From an uncultured virus (IMG/VR IMGVR_UViG_3300008107_000009) (lineage: Duplodnaviria > Heunggongvirae > Uroviricota > Caudoviricetes), in the IMG/VR virus record IMGVR_UViG_3300008107_000009: DNA of 60,861 nt, one strand, 5' to 3'. Under the pieces are notes generated by a model, which saw only the letters and a list, made by a program, of their open reading frames with translations, ran no database searches and was not told where the DNA came from. Positions 35,686 through 45,999 of this stretch are shown here, in pieces; within the stretch, counting starts at the first letter, position 1; each line of letters opens with the position of its first letter. Position numbers and translations under genes: made by a program.

Positions 35686-36258
35686 TTATAAAAATACGTC
35701 ATCAAAGTAATCTACTGCCCACTGAGCTCTCAAACTAAATATCTGAGTGTTAGTGTAGTTAAGATCCATAGGTGTTAAACTTGCCATAAGAAAGCAGTCT
35801 TTACATGTGATTCTTCTAAAAACGTCACCTGCCTTATTAAATGCACTAATTACTATGGTACCAGTATAATCTCTTTTCAAACCCTGAGCTCCCGTAAGTG
35901 GATTGTAAATTAAATCCGCCCACTGTCTCATTGTTTTAAAAACGTACATTGAATTATTTTCGTCTAGGTTTACCTCAAAGTTGATCGTTAGATCAAATCC
36001 AGTTTGGCTAGGTTTTGCCCCGGAGTAATATCTCTTAGCATTTTTATATTGCTGAGCTATTTCTCCTGGATTCTGATCAACACCCAATCCTTCTACACTT
36101 TTTACGTGCTCTAAAAGAATGTTGCCATTATTAGGATTTCCCTGAGGGGGAACTACGGAAGCAGGTGGAGTAATAACAACTTCAAACTGATTCGTATAGA
36201 TCGGTTCAAATTTGTTTACTGCTGCTTTCGAAGACGTATAATGTGGTAATCCTGCCAT
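35686..36258 (-). CDS. Tail tube protein (gp19-like), paralog 1
   Basis: MAGLPHY..SKAAV..FEP.YTNQFEV, RQWADLIYNPLTG and FNKAGDVFRR...DCF. Confidence 0.85.
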   Translation of the reverse strand: MAGLPHYTSSKAAVNKFEPIYTNQFEVVITPPASVVPPQGNPNNGNILLEHVKSVEGLGVDQNPGEIAQQYKNAKRYYSGAKPSQTGFDLTINFEVNLDENNSMYVFKTMRQWADLIYNPLTGAQGLKRDYTGTIVISAFNKAGDVFRRITCKDCFLMASLTPMDLNYTNTQIFSLRAQWAVDYFDDVFL

Positions 36259-36298
36259 TTTTTATTTTATATATTTCCTCTTTTCTGTATTCATCAAA

Positions 36299-39200
36299 TT
36301 AACTGAATTGGATGAAACCTCCAGAAGCAATACCACCAGTTCTTGTAACAGTTACTCTGTTGATAAACTTATGAATACCTCTAGCAGGTTCGAGAATGAT
36401 ATCGATAATTCCTAAGTTTTGATCTATGATAGCAGGAGTATTATTAGAAGAATCCATAATAGTTAAGTAGTTATAGATACCTCCAACGTTTTTAACGCCG
36501 CTTAAGTAATTGTCTACGATAGTTTTAATTTCAAGTCTGATTGAATCTTCGTTAAAATCAAATACGTAATTCGAAAGAATATCCTCAACACTTTCTTCAA
36601 GAGTAATTAGAAGATCTCTAACGTGCAAGTTATTAAATGCTGAGTTAGTTCTTTGATATCCTGTTTGGTTACCAAATATTACCAATCCAATATTTCTCTT
36701 TCTGATGATTGGGTTGAATCCAAAGGGTTCTAAGAAATCTCTATCATCCTGAGAGAAATCATATTCAAGTCCAACTAAGTTAGATCCTGAAAGTACCCCT
36801 CTTTTTTGACCAGCTACGATAGAATAAGGTTCTCCAGTAACAAATTTTCTAATGAAATTATTACTTACGTGTGCAGCTGGAGGAATATTAAAGTTTTTAC
36901 CATTTTCTCTTATAGTTAAGAAAGGTCCAAACACACCGCAGAATTTAGCTCCACTATCTTCATCAGGTAAAGTGAATCTGAATGAAGGATTTAGTTCTAA
37001 GTTTCCGCCCTCTGCAATATACTTTGCTCTTAGTAAAGGAGCTGGTTCTGTTGCTGAAGGTGCGTCAGTAAATCTTGGATCTATTGAATCCTTAAATTTC
37101 TCCATTGAAGGAGCATTAATAATTGCAAGACATTTCTGTCTATCTTTAGCTAATTTAGCTAGTTGATGTTTGGAGTTAGTTTGAATTTGTCCATCAAACG
37201 TATCAACAACATATCTGAAAGTGATAATATTTCTATCAGCAAGTGTTTTAGAAATATTGGTTGTGGTTAAAACGTCCAAGATTTCGTCTAATCTGTCATC
37301 AGATCCGTTAGGCTTGTGAGAGGTTTTAAGCTGGAAGCCGGGAAGATATGAAATCTTGTAGGTTTCCACGAATTGATGTATCGGTCTAAACTTATTCACT
37401 CTTGCGTTAGCTCCGGAGTAAAGAAGAATAGGTCTATCCGTTTTCACGTAAATTGTGTAGTTTCCAGGTGATCCAGGAACTGCTACTTTCTTAGATTCTA
37501 TAATTCTTGTTAATCTGTTAAGTTTATTACCAACTGCGTTTTCAAATTGATCAACGTCCTGTGATACTAGGAGATCACCTACTTTAAGAGATGTTGCAGC
37601 TACTTCAGTAACTGATACTTCCACCTGGTTTGTTGAAATAACCGAGATTACATTAACAAATTGATTTAGGTTTCCTGCAATTGATACGATGTTTACTTCA
37701 TCAGAGTCTACAGTATCTGATGATCCTGTTGAGGAAGTTTTATAACTTACACCCAATGAAACCGCTGCTTCTTCTGTTGTGAAATCAGCATCAACGTAGG
37801 ATTTCATTTCAACTGTTTCAAATCCGTCTCTGTCTACAGAGTTTTCAAATTTAAGATATTGAACTGATGATCCGTCATATGCTTTGTAAATTACGTCTCC
37901 GTCGCTAATTAATCCATTTTTATGATCTAAGAAAAGTTTAGATTCAGCATAACCGAAGTATGTGTAGTTTCCTAATGTCTGTGGATTAATAGGAGTTGGA
38001 CTTCCAAGAGGTCCAGGACTTGTTTCAATTGGATCAAATCTATCAAAGTAATCTGCTTTACAGAATTGATAGTGGCTTCCTCCTATGTTTGTTCTATAAT
38101 AAGGAGAAACTAAAGGAGAAGCAGCTTTAAATAAAGGATGTGACCATTTAATTCTAAGTTGTACGTTTCCAGGAGAAACTGTTACCTCTTTTACTTCCTC
38201 AACCTTTAATTTAACTATGTCATTGGCAGAGAAAGCTTTTTTAGCTTCAACATTCCCTGAAATATTTCCAGTAACTTTACCAATAATGAATTTAGATGCT
38301 GGAGATGTTGCAGTAACTGCCAAGAAATTTTTTAGTGCGTTTTTTCTGCTAGTTGCATCTGCACCTAAGAAATTTGTTTGCAAATATGGTAATCCAGAAT
38401 CAAGATTTGTAGAGCTATATGCTGCAAAATCTTCTTCAAATACTCCATCAACACTAGGTGAGCCGAAGGCATCAACAAATGTTGTTCCGATTTCAATAAG
38501 ATCTGAATAAGGGCTATCAAGATCTGTTATGGTGTTAGAATTTTGAGTGTATGTAAAATCTGCAGTTAGCGGAGAACTATAACTTAAGAAATCTATTTCG
38601 TTGATTTCAGGATTAGCTGGATTTAAAGCACCCGTTAGGTGATGGCCAACTAAATCTATATAAGAGTAATCTCCTGATGATAAATCATCTAAAGCCTCTT
38701 CATTTACTGCACAAAGTACTCCTGTTTGTCCTACTTGATTGTTAATTAATGTCTTAATGTATTGTGTGATTCCGTTTTGATCAACAAAATCTGGAATCAA
38801 GCATCCAGTTACAGTTAGAACCACGTTTACTTCTTTCAGAGCCAAGAAATTGTCAATCTGAGCTTTTACGAATCCCTTTGATGTGAAATATGAGGAGTAA
38901 ATAGGATCTAAAGAAAGTTCTTGATATTTAGTCCAATTTCCGCTTACTACGATAACATCTACAAAGTAATCTGAAATGTAATCATAAGGATTCATGAAGT
39001 TTGGAACATTGCTAGCTCCAAAATATTCTTGAGCTGTGATATCAAATCCTTTAATAGGAAGTCTAGCATCCAAAGATTTCTTTACAATAACACTTACTGG
39101 GTTTTGGCTTAAGTTAACCAGACTGAACAATTTAGATTGCTCAGTTACATCTATTGTGGCAAGAAGCATGTTTGGATCTGGGAACCAAAACTTTTCTTTG

Positions 39201-39670
39201 TTATAATAAGAAGAAACCAATTTATCCTGCTTAGGAAGATTTGCATTTACCTTCGTGTACTCATCAGTTGAGTTAGTTCCGTTAGATTCTGCAGTGTCAA
39301 CAGAAAAAGTTCTATATCTAGCTACATCAGCTCCGTTAGCAACATCTGGATCGTCACTTGTTGTGACTGAATTGTTCAACTTTAAAAGATTAAGGGCAAA
39401 AACAGGTCCGCTGTTTAAGCATGTGAATATTGATCGATGGAAGAACGATCCCTTTTTTTCTAAAGCTCTATCGATATCACCGAAAACTTTAATAGCTGTC
39501 TGAACGTCTGGCACATAAACTGGAGTGTTGAATGGGCCCTTGTTTGAAAATCCAACCACTAATCTTACTGTCTGTGGATTTACTACAATATTTTCAGAAG
39601 CATCAAATTCTAAGGTATAGACACCAGAACTTTTAAAAACGGATAGATCCAGAGTTAACTTCTTTGCCAT
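36299..39670 (-). CDS. Contractile tail sheath protein (gp18-like), enlarged (1123 aa)
   Basis: SSGVYTLEFD, GFSNKGPFNTPV, IPPAAHV, VAGQKRG, NPI, IFGNQT, LHVRDLL and FDFNEDSIR. Confidence 0.93.
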   Translation of the reverse strand: MAKKLTLDLSVFKSSGVYTLEFDASENIVVNPQTVRLVVGFSNKGPFNTPVYVPDVQTAIKVFGDIDRALEKKGSFFHRSIFTCLNSGPVFALNLLKLNNSVTTSDDPDVANGADVARYRTFSVDTAESNGTNSTDEYTKVNANLPKQDKLVSSYYNKEKFWFPDPNMLLATIDVTEQSKLFSLVNLSQNPVSVIVKKSLDARLPIKGFDITAQEYFGASNVPNFMNPYDYISDYFVDVIVVSGNWTKYQELSLDPIYSSYFTSKGFVKAQIDNFLALKEVNVVLTVTGCLIPDFVDQNGITQYIKTLINNQVGQTGVLCAVNEEALDDLSSGDYSYIDLVGHHLTGALNPANPEINEIDFLSYSSPLTADFTYTQNSNTITDLDSPYSDLIEIGTTFVDAFGSPSVDGVFEEDFAAYSSTNLDSGLPYLQTNFLGADATSRKNALKNFLAVTATSPASKFIIGKVTGNISGNVEAKKAFSANDIVKLKVEEVKEVTVSPGNVQLRIKWSHPLFKAASPLVSPYYRTNIGGSHYQFCKADYFDRFDPIETSPGPLGSPTPINPQTLGNYTYFGYAESKLFLDHKNGLISDGDVIYKAYDGSSVQYLKFENSVDRDGFETVEMKSYVDADFTTEEAAVSLGVSYKTSSTGSSDTVDSDEVNIVSIAGNLNQFVNVISVISTNQVEVSVTEVAATSLKVGDLLVSQDVDQFENAVGNKLNRLTRIIESKKVAVPGSPGNYTIYVKTDRPILLYSGANARVNKFRPIHQFVETYKISYLPGFQLKTSHKPNGSDDRLDEILDVLTTTNISKTLADRNIITFRYVVDTFDGQIQTNSKHQLAKLAKDRQKCLAIINAPSMEKFKDSIDPRFTDAPSATEPAPLLRAKYIAEGGNLELNPSFRFTLPDEDSGAKFCGVFGPFLTIRENGKNFNIPPAAHVSNNFIRKFVTGEPYSIVAGQKRGVLSGSNLVGLEYDFSQDDRDFLEPFGFNPIIRKRNIGLVIFGNQTGYQRTNSAFNNLHVRDLLITLEESVEDILSNYVFDFNEDSIRLEIKTIVDNYLSGVKNVGGIYNYLTIMDSSNNTPAIIDQNLGIIDIILEPARGIHKFINRVTVTRTGGIASGGFIQFS

Positions 39671-39687
39671 TTTGTATTTTTTACTTG

Positions 39688-39695
39688 TATATATC
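39688..39695 (-). promoter_or_regulatory. Late promoter RATATATA; representative of more than 15 copies
   Basis: Found just upstream of the protease, nucleotidyltransferase, fibre, portal, core, sheath, tube, neck and lipoprotein genes and the plus-strand late genes. Confidence 0.8.
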
Positions 39696-39751
39696 TTTTC
39701 GAGGTGAGAACTTCGGGAGTCCTGCTCTTAATCTATATATCAAAAAAATAC

Positions 39752-41563
39752 CTAAAAGAAGTCCTTGAAAACATTGTATGTTTCCATTTCTCTACTAGCA
39801 GCGTCACCTTGAATTCCAGTTTCTCCGGTTTCTGCTAGTTTTTTATTTATCGCAATTTTGTATTTTTCCGAAATTGAATCGAAAACATCCATTACTAAAT
39901 ACATAAAATCTTGATATTCAAATACAGAATTGGCATTTACCAATGTCATGGCTATATCATCATTTCCAATTTGACTCTGATAAATTCCCTTGCTAGTTTC
40001 CCCAAAATTGCTTAATTCTAGAATTGTAGTGATCTCTGTGGGGATAATTTTTGAGTTTCTTGTATTAATTTTTAAGTCCTCACAGTATTTTTCTTTGGTT
40101 TTAGGTGTTACTTTAACTCCGGTTTTAAGTTGCTTGGAGCTTTCTGTATGCTTGGTATAGACAAACATTTCAGAAAAAAGCTTCTCTCCCGTAAGCAATT
40201 TTTCAATTAAATATTCTCCCCTGTAGTCAACTTCAACAACCAATTTTATTTGTTCCGGATTAAAAACATCAGCGCATAATATTTCTAAAAAAACCTTAAG
40301 TTCCTCTATTTGAATAGTATTTGATCTGAATATCCCGACCTGTAGCAACGAAAAAAAGTCAGATTCGTCTTCAAAAAATTTCTTTTCCTCTATTAAGACA
40401 AGAGGTTTAGGAGAAACCTTAAGAATATTAACAACACTGTAATCCCCACCACCTCCCGCTGCGGTGTCTACAGAAATTACAAATCTCTTATTTTCTCCCT
40501 CTTCCCAAAGATTTGTTGGGTCAAAATTTGGATGCCAAGTTAAATTTTGATAATCTATAATTGAATTTTGAAACGGCAACAGCTCCTTGTGCACAAATTT
40601 AACCTCTGTTTTTTTGAGCTTTTTCAATGTGTATGAATCTAAAAGCAACTTAGAAGAGCTTAGAAATTGATTTCCATACTCCTGGTTAAAATCTTCTTCC
40701 GATCCGAGGTTAGCAATTTCTTTCTTTCTCCACTCTTCGTCCCTTCCAGGAACCTGCCACCAATCAACTCTTATAGGATTGAATTCATTCTCCCCGTCAA
40801 TAGCAGACTTATAGATTTCATAAAATTTGTTCATTCCGTTAGGGGTGGAAGTGATAATAATTCTGGAAATCTTTGAAGAAGATATGGTAGGATATACAGA
40901 TTTAAAGAACTGACCTATGAAATTAGGATTGATATGGGCAAACTCGTCCATATATAAAAAGTGAACCGTAAAACCGATAGATGATTGCTTGGTTGTTGTT
41001 TTTGCCATAATCCTACAACCATTATCAAATTTCATGGTCATAACGTTATAAACTAAAATTCCAGGCTTTAAAAAGAACGGGAGACCCTTCATAATGATCT
41101 TAATCTTATCCATCAATTCTGTTGCAGTGTCTCCAATGTTTGCCAAAATCATGGCGTTTTTGTCATAATTAAAAAGCAAATACCACAGCAAGAATATAGA
41201 TGACGTAACAGTTTTACCGCTTTGTCTGGGGCTTAGGAAGATATTAAATCTGTGTTTTTGATATTGACTAAGAATTTGTTCTTGATAATCACGAAGTGTT
41301 ATCTTTCGAATACCCTCGTCCGTCATCGCGTTACAATAAGTGTTAGCAAAATAAATAACATCAGAAGCACACCTCTTCATTTCTGCTACCTCCCATTCAG
41401 TATATTCATAAAGAACCCCTCCTCTTCTGAGCTCCGGGTCATTTTCATGGAATGGATTATCAACGTCTTTAAAATCTATGCCCTTTTCGTCTGCGTTTTT
41501 GATAATTTCTTCAACTCTTGCAGACGTCCAATAATTACTTTGTATTTTTTCTTCAGCTGCCAT
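39752..41563 (-). CDS. terL: Terminase large subunit (T4 gp17-like)
   Basis: LRDYQ, SPRQSGKT, LYMDEFAH, ITSTPNG, DWWQVPGRD, FNQEY, SVDTAAGGGGDYS and NDDIAM. Confidence 0.96.
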   Translation of the reverse strand: MAAEEKIQSNYWTSARVEEIIKNADEKGIDFKDVDNPFHENDPELRRGGVLYEYTEWEVAEMKRCASDVIYFANTYCNAMTDEGIRKITLRDYQEQILSQYQKHRFNIFLSPRQSGKTVTSSIFLLWYLLFNYDKNAMILANIGDTATELMDKIKIIMKGLPFFLKPGILVYNVMTMKFDNGCRIMAKTTTKQSSIGFTVHFLYMDEFAHINPNFIGQFFKSVYPTISSSKISRIIITSTPNGMNKFYEIYKSAIDGENEFNPIRVDWWQVPGRDEEWRKKEIANLGSEEDFNQEYGNQFLSSSKLLLDSYTLKKLKKTEVKFVHKELLPFQNSIIDYQNLTWHPNFDPTNLWEEGENKRFVISVDTAAGGGGDYSVVNILKVSPKPLVLIEEKKFFEDESDFFSLLQVGIFRSNTIQIEELKVFLEILCADVFNPEQIKLVVEVDYRGEYLIEKLLTGEKLFSEMFVYTKHTESSKQLKTGVKVTPKTKEKYCEDLKINTRNSKIIPTEITTILELSNFGETSKGIYQSQIGNDDIAMTLVNANSVFEYQDFMYLVMDVFDSISEKYKIAINKKLAETGETGIQGDAASREMETYNVFKDFF

Positions 41564-41565
41564 AA

Positions 41566-42363
41566 TTAAAATAGATCTTCATCTAATTCTATTTTAGTTT
41601 CATCTTCGATCTGTTTCTTTAATTCGTTTTCTGGGGTAATTAAATCCTTCATCTTCGGGTCTATCAAATTGCTTTCAACTTCTTCCACAACCTGAGCTTT
41701 TTTAACTATTACCTCGGTTTTAATCACGCTTTGAAGTCCTTCCATAAATCCTTTATTACCCCTAACCTTTACTGTTCCTCCTTCACCCCCCAATCCAGGA
41801 ATGATTACTTCATTCCCATCACCATCAAACATGACAGGTTGTTTGGTGTTATCCTGAAGCTTAGCTTCATTGTTCAAATTCTTATATGTTTTTTCCATGT
41901 CTGCCAGATAAGCCTGAAATTTTGCAGGCATTTGCATCAATTGGTTTTGCATTTGAGCTAACACCTCAAAGTTTCTTGCTTGATATTGACCCCCTGCGTC
42001 TATCTCGTCTAACATTTTAGTCACTGCATGTTGAGCGGTTCTGATCTGAAAAGCCATAGTGGAAATACTCAGTGCATCAACTTTTGCTCTGAATGAAATA
42101 TAATCTTTCTCATCGATTATATCGCTATCCATATAAAATTTAATTAACGAGTTTAGAATACTTTTTGCTTCAGTTTCAACCTCAGTTTTCAAAGAGTCAA
42201 AATTCATAACTCTTGATGGCTTCATTGGTGGAATATCAGGAGCAGTTAAACCATCAAGGGTTTCGTTGTTAAAGATTAGATCCTCTAATTCCTGCTTTTT
42301 CTTGAGAGCTTGTTCCTTGGTAATAGGTGATCCTTCCTTGTTTTTAGGCGGTCTTCTTGGCAT
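41566..42363 (-). CDS. Probable terminase small subunit (gp16-like)
   Basis: Immediately upstream of terL; ARNFEVLAQM resembles the gp16-family PRxxEV helix. Confidence 0.55.
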   Translation of the reverse strand: MPRRPPKNKEGSPITKEQALKKKQELEDLIFNNETLDGLTAPDIPPMKPSRVMNFDSLKTEVETEAKSILNSLIKFYMDSDIIDEKDYISFRAKVDALSISTMAFQIRTAQHAVTKMLDEIDAGGQYQARNFEVLAQMQNQLMQMPAKFQAYLADMEKTYKNLNNEAKLQDNTKQPVMFDGDGNEVIIPGLGGEGGTVKVRGNKGFMEGLQSVIKTEVIVKKAQVVEEVESNLIDPKMKDLITPENELKKQIEDETKIELDEDLF

Positions 42364-42365
42364 AG

Positions 42366-44537
42366 TTATCTGTTTTTAGCAATTTTAGGTAGCTTCAATA
42401 CCGGTTTAGCATTATCTATAATAACTGCTAACTGAGAATCCCCTACAACATTCTGATTCAAGATTGCAGATTGCTTTTCTTTTTCGATCATGTTTTGGAA
42501 AATTCTCAAATTGGTTAATAAAAGCGGACTCCCTAATACTTTGTATGCATTATTATCAGTTTTCCAAGTTTCTTTCTGGTTATCTAATTCAATATCTGAA
42601 GGTATATTATAAGTGTATTTTTCAGTGATTACACCCTCTTTATTATGAATTAATCCAAGATCAGAAGTTTGAGCTTCTGGATTTTCTGGGTCATAAAGCA
42701 TTTTCCAAACGTTTATGGAGTATTGTTTAAATATATTCGAAAAGTTAAATACAAATCCATACCAATCTTCGAGCGATGGTATTAATTGTCCTAATGAAGA
42801 TGTTGTTCCAGCACCAAAAGGTGAAAGTATCTCTAAATCATTAATCAGAATTCTAAAAGAACCTGTTTGTATGTAACTAGTGCTTGTTTCTGTTTCATTG
42901 GATCCAGACCAGATCATTTGTATCCAAATTCCTTGATTGTTCTTCCTTCCATGAATCAATGTTCTGGCTTGTGCTTTTTGCATTTTCCATGTGGAAATTG
43001 ACGAAGTTATAGCAGCTCCATTATCTTTTACTGTAAATCTGTATACATCTGGAATACCTACTATTTTGAACCCTCCGCTTCTAGATCCATCCGCAATCAC
43101 AGAAACATATCCTTCTGGATTACTCCCCATACTCAATTTGTGTGCTATAGGATATGTTGAATATGTGATTAATCCATCTTCCTGTGTGTATGAAGTTATA
43201 GATATTTTGGAAGCGGGTTTATTAACAAGTTTTGTTTTATCTATATAGTTTTTCATTTTAAACCAGCAGGTGAATGATATTTCTTCATTCTCTTCCAAAA
43301 CAGGTAATGATTTATATCTAATAGCTTGTCTTTGCTCATCAGTTTTAGCTGTAGATGTTGGATCTTCGTATAAAAATCTTTCTAGATCGTAATAACTATT
43401 GAATACTATTGTCCAGTTATTATTTAGATCATATTCTATAATTGGAAGATACTGATCTATGTATGCTCTAGTTGGGTCTTCGTTTCTTCTTTGTGACGAA
43501 ACAAAATATTGTTGGGGTTTTACTGTTTTTTCTATTTCCTCCTGAGTTTCCTCCCCAAAAAGATCCTGTGTGTTTACGGTGTAATCTAGGAGCTCTTTTT
43601 CTGCTTCCTTGTTAATAAATTGGGTATTTTTCTTTACCTCATATTTCATCAATTGGCATTTGAAGAAAACTGGATATAAATTAAAATCCCTGTGCAAATA
43701 AGTTGACTCAATTTGATAGATTCTGTTTGTTAATGGGAAAAATATAATATCCCTTTTTCTTGGCTGTGCACCCTTTCCAAAAATCCCCTCAAAATATTTT
43801 CTGTCAATATGAACTTCTAAAGGCTGTACAAATTGAATTCCAAAAGTGTCATAAATTGGTTTATTGTCCGGAAAATTGTTACCCGGAACCATTACTTTAA
43901 CACACTTTTCATCAACAACATCGAAGAGACTGTATTCTCGGAGAACTACATCCTTTCCCCTTCCGTTTGGTTGTACTGAGTAATAATTTACCTCGTGCCC
44001 AAAAAGAACATTTACTGTTTTACTTAAATCCTGATAAACATTTATTCCACGATTTACATCATAAGGCTTAAATACTTTATCTGGATCGCAATCATCATTA
44101 AAAATGATAGATCTTGTGTACATTTCCTTGGAACAGAGAACTGCAGGTTTTACTATTAGATCTCTATAATCAGGTACAAAATACTCTAAATCCAGATCAA
44201 AATTTTCTATTTCAATTACAGGATTTAATTGGGATCCTTCCGAAAGGTGTGGGCTTGCATCTTCGTCAGAAAATGCGGTAAACTTGAATTCTAAATATAA
44301 TTTATTATCTGGGTTTAAATCCAAAGCATTGGTATTTTCTTCGGTTAATTCTATCCATAGAGACCAATTGCTATTATTTAAGCTCCATCTAAATTCTTTT
44401 TTAAGATACCTAGAAGCGCCCGATTCCCCGGTGGCCTCTATAATCCATCCCTTAAACTTTTTAACGTCGCTAAATGCTTCGCTGTAGTTAATAATTCTGT
44501 AGTTTCCAATGCTGGAAAAAATAATCGGGTCTGTCAT
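42366..44537 (-). CDS. Neck / head-closure protein (gp14-like) with added beta-sandwich domains
   Basis: FGHEVNYY....DVVLREYSL, FGIQF, PRKRDIIFFPLTNRIYQI and a LamG-like C-terminal region. Confidence 0.65.
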   Translation of the reverse strand: MTDPIIFSSIGNYRIINYSEAFSDVKKFKGWIIEATGESGASRYLKKEFRWSLNNSNWSLWIELTEENTNALDLNPDNKLYLEFKFTAFSDEDASPHLSEGSQLNPVIEIENFDLDLEYFVPDYRDLIVKPAVLCSKEMYTRSIIFNDDCDPDKVFKPYDVNRGINVYQDLSKTVNVLFGHEVNYYSVQPNGRGKDVVLREYSLFDVVDEKCVKVMVPGNNFPDNKPIYDTFGIQFVQPLEVHIDRKYFEGIFGKGAQPRKRDIIFFPLTNRIYQIESTYLHRDFNLYPVFFKCQLMKYEVKKNTQFINKEAEKELLDYTVNTQDLFGEETQEEIEKTVKPQQYFVSSQRRNEDPTRAYIDQYLPIIEYDLNNNWTIVFNSYYDLERFLYEDPTSTAKTDEQRQAIRYKSLPVLEENEEISFTCWFKMKNYIDKTKLVNKPASKISITSYTQEDGLITYSTYPIAHKLSMGSNPEGYVSVIADGSRSGGFKIVGIPDVYRFTVKDNGAAITSSISTWKMQKAQARTLIHGRKNNQGIWIQMIWSGSNETETSTSYIQTGSFRILINDLEILSPFGAGTTSSLGQLIPSLEDWYGFVFNFSNIFKQYSINVWKMLYDPENPEAQTSDLGLIHNKEGVITEKYTYNIPSDIELDNQKETWKTDNNAYKVLGSPLLLTNLRIFQNMIEKEKQSAILNQNVVGDSQLAVIIDNAKPVLKLPKIAKNR

Positions 44538-44569
44538 TTCTCATATATATCGGTGAATAAAATCTAGGT

Positions 44570-44857
44570 ATGGGATTAAAAGATCTTAAAGAAATGATTA
44601 ATAAATTCAGTTTTGCTCAGATGACCTCTAATTCGAACGGGAAAACTTCTGCTAGCGGGACTATGGGTGTGCTAATATGTACCATCGGTAGCATATCTTT
44701 CCTTTATGGTTCATTAATAAAGGACACTGACATTTTACTTCAGTCTGTTGTTTTTACTGGAATTGGTGCAGGACTTCTTGGATATAGAAAGTCTCAGGAT
44801 CCATCCAAAGGAACAGAGATCACAGATATTGTACAGGATCAGCCTCTAAATTCCTAA
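44570..44857 (+). CDS. Small two-TM membrane protein (holin candidate)
   Basis: Hydrophobic helices MGVLICTIGSISFLYG and ILLQSVVFTGIGAGLLG followed by RK. Opposite strand to its neighbours. Confidence 0.45.
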   Translation: MGLKDLKEMINKFSFAQMTSNSNGKTSASGTMGVLICTIGSISFLYGSLIKDTDILLQSVVFTGIGAGLLGYRKSQDPSKGTEITDIVQDQPLNS

Positions 44858-45655
44858 TTATTTAATTGTGGTTTGGGAAAGAGTTGTAAACCCTTTTAGA
44901 ATGGCTGAATTATCAGGTGGGACTACTCCTAATTCGGTTTTTAATTTGATCCCTCCCTGCATTAGATTTCCTCTAAACCTTTCTGTCGAGAGATCTAGTT
45001 GTGGTAAATATGTCTCAGCATTAACGTTGATCGATAAGGTAATTCCTTCTCCTCCAGTACTTCCATAGCTAAAATTAAAAACGTTTGGAGCTTTATCTGG
45101 CAATTGATCAGCCAATGATGCTTGAACTGGAACTCTAAATCCGTTATATTCAAAATAATAAATAAAGTTTTTGAATAGAACCTCTATAGTTCTAGCCTGA
45201 ATTTTTAGAGCATCCGTCGTAGTATCAACCTTAATTTTAAGTGAAAATGTTGCATCAATTGGTATTGGTGACAGATAAGCAGAATAAGCTTTTATCTCAG
45301 ATCCTCCAGATTCCTGAACGATTTCTTTCTCATATGTACCCCTCACATACTTATTTGTTGATGATGATGTTGTGATCCTAGAACTTTGATATTCTAAAAT
45401 TCCCCTTGGAATAACATCATAGTTACCCTCTGCAAATAGAGGATTTCCGTCACAGTCACCATAATTCAAATAAAAATCTTGTAAAAATGATTCATCTCCT
45501 GCTAAAGAATAAAAGAAGGGGATATAGATCTCTTGGATTTTTCCGGAACTAGTTGTCTGATAAAACGTAATTTTTTCATTTAGGGATTTTAGCATCCCAA
45601 TAATTAATCCTCTGAAAAAAACGTCATCGCTATTAAATTTATCTAAAAAATTCAT
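44858..45655 (-). CDS. Tail sheath stabiliser / terminator protein (gp15-like)
   Basis: IYIPFFYS...E.FL, IPRG and PIPIDATFSLKIKVD...DALKI. Confidence 0.75.
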   Translation of the reverse strand: MNFLDKFNSDDVFFRGLIIGMLKSLNEKITFYQTTSSGKIQEIYIPFFYSLAGDESFLQDFYLNYGDCDGNPLFAEGNYDVIPRGILEYQSSRITTSSSTNKYVRGTYEKEIVQESGGSEIKAYSAYLSPIPIDATFSLKIKVDTTTDALKIQARTIEVLFKNFIYYFEYNGFRVPVQASLADQLPDKAPNVFNFSYGSTGGEGITLSINVNAETYLPQLDLSTERFRGNLMQGGIKLKTELGVVPPDNSAILKGFTTLSQTTIK

Positions 45656-45978
45656 GCTAATTCTATATTTCTACTGGTCTCCACAGGAACAGTTTTAAGT
45701 GGTATATCTATGTATTTGAACTTTATATACTGGTTTTTCTGGTTTCTATACTTGGGATGTTCAAAAGACTCTGTTTTGTATACTTCATCCGTTATTTGAT
45801 AAACGTCTAAAGTAAATTCGTCTCTTAAATATTTTTTACCTCTCTCAGCAGAAACTGGATTTTCGAATTTATAGACATGAAACTCTATAATCGGTAGTGG
45901 AGATAGGTATTTCTTGACACTTTTAGAAACGAAGAAATACGTGAACCTCTCAAGGTCATTTCTTGATGTGATAGCCAT
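45652..45978 (-). CDS. Hypothetical late protein
   Basis: 108 aa with an AATATATA motif directly upstream. Confidence 0.6.
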   Translation of the reverse strand: MAITSRNDLERFTYFFVSKSVKKYLSPLPIIEFHVYKFENPVSAERGKKYLRDEFTLDVYQITDEVYKTESFEHPKYRNQKNQYIKFKYIDIPLKTVPVETSRNIELA

Positions 45979-45999
45979 GTTCCTATATATTTGAAAGGA

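Noticed and set aside
39700..39730. Small hairpin (AGGACU/AGUUCU) between the two late promoters upstream of the sheath gene
   Set aside because: It is a short stem with no U-tract and does not cover a start codon, so it is too weak to call.
36299..41563. Inteins or introns in the oversized sheath or in the terminase
   Set aside because: No intein splice-junction (C...HN) or LAGLIDADG motifs were seen and the frames are uninterrupted. The extra sheath length looks like inserted surface domains.
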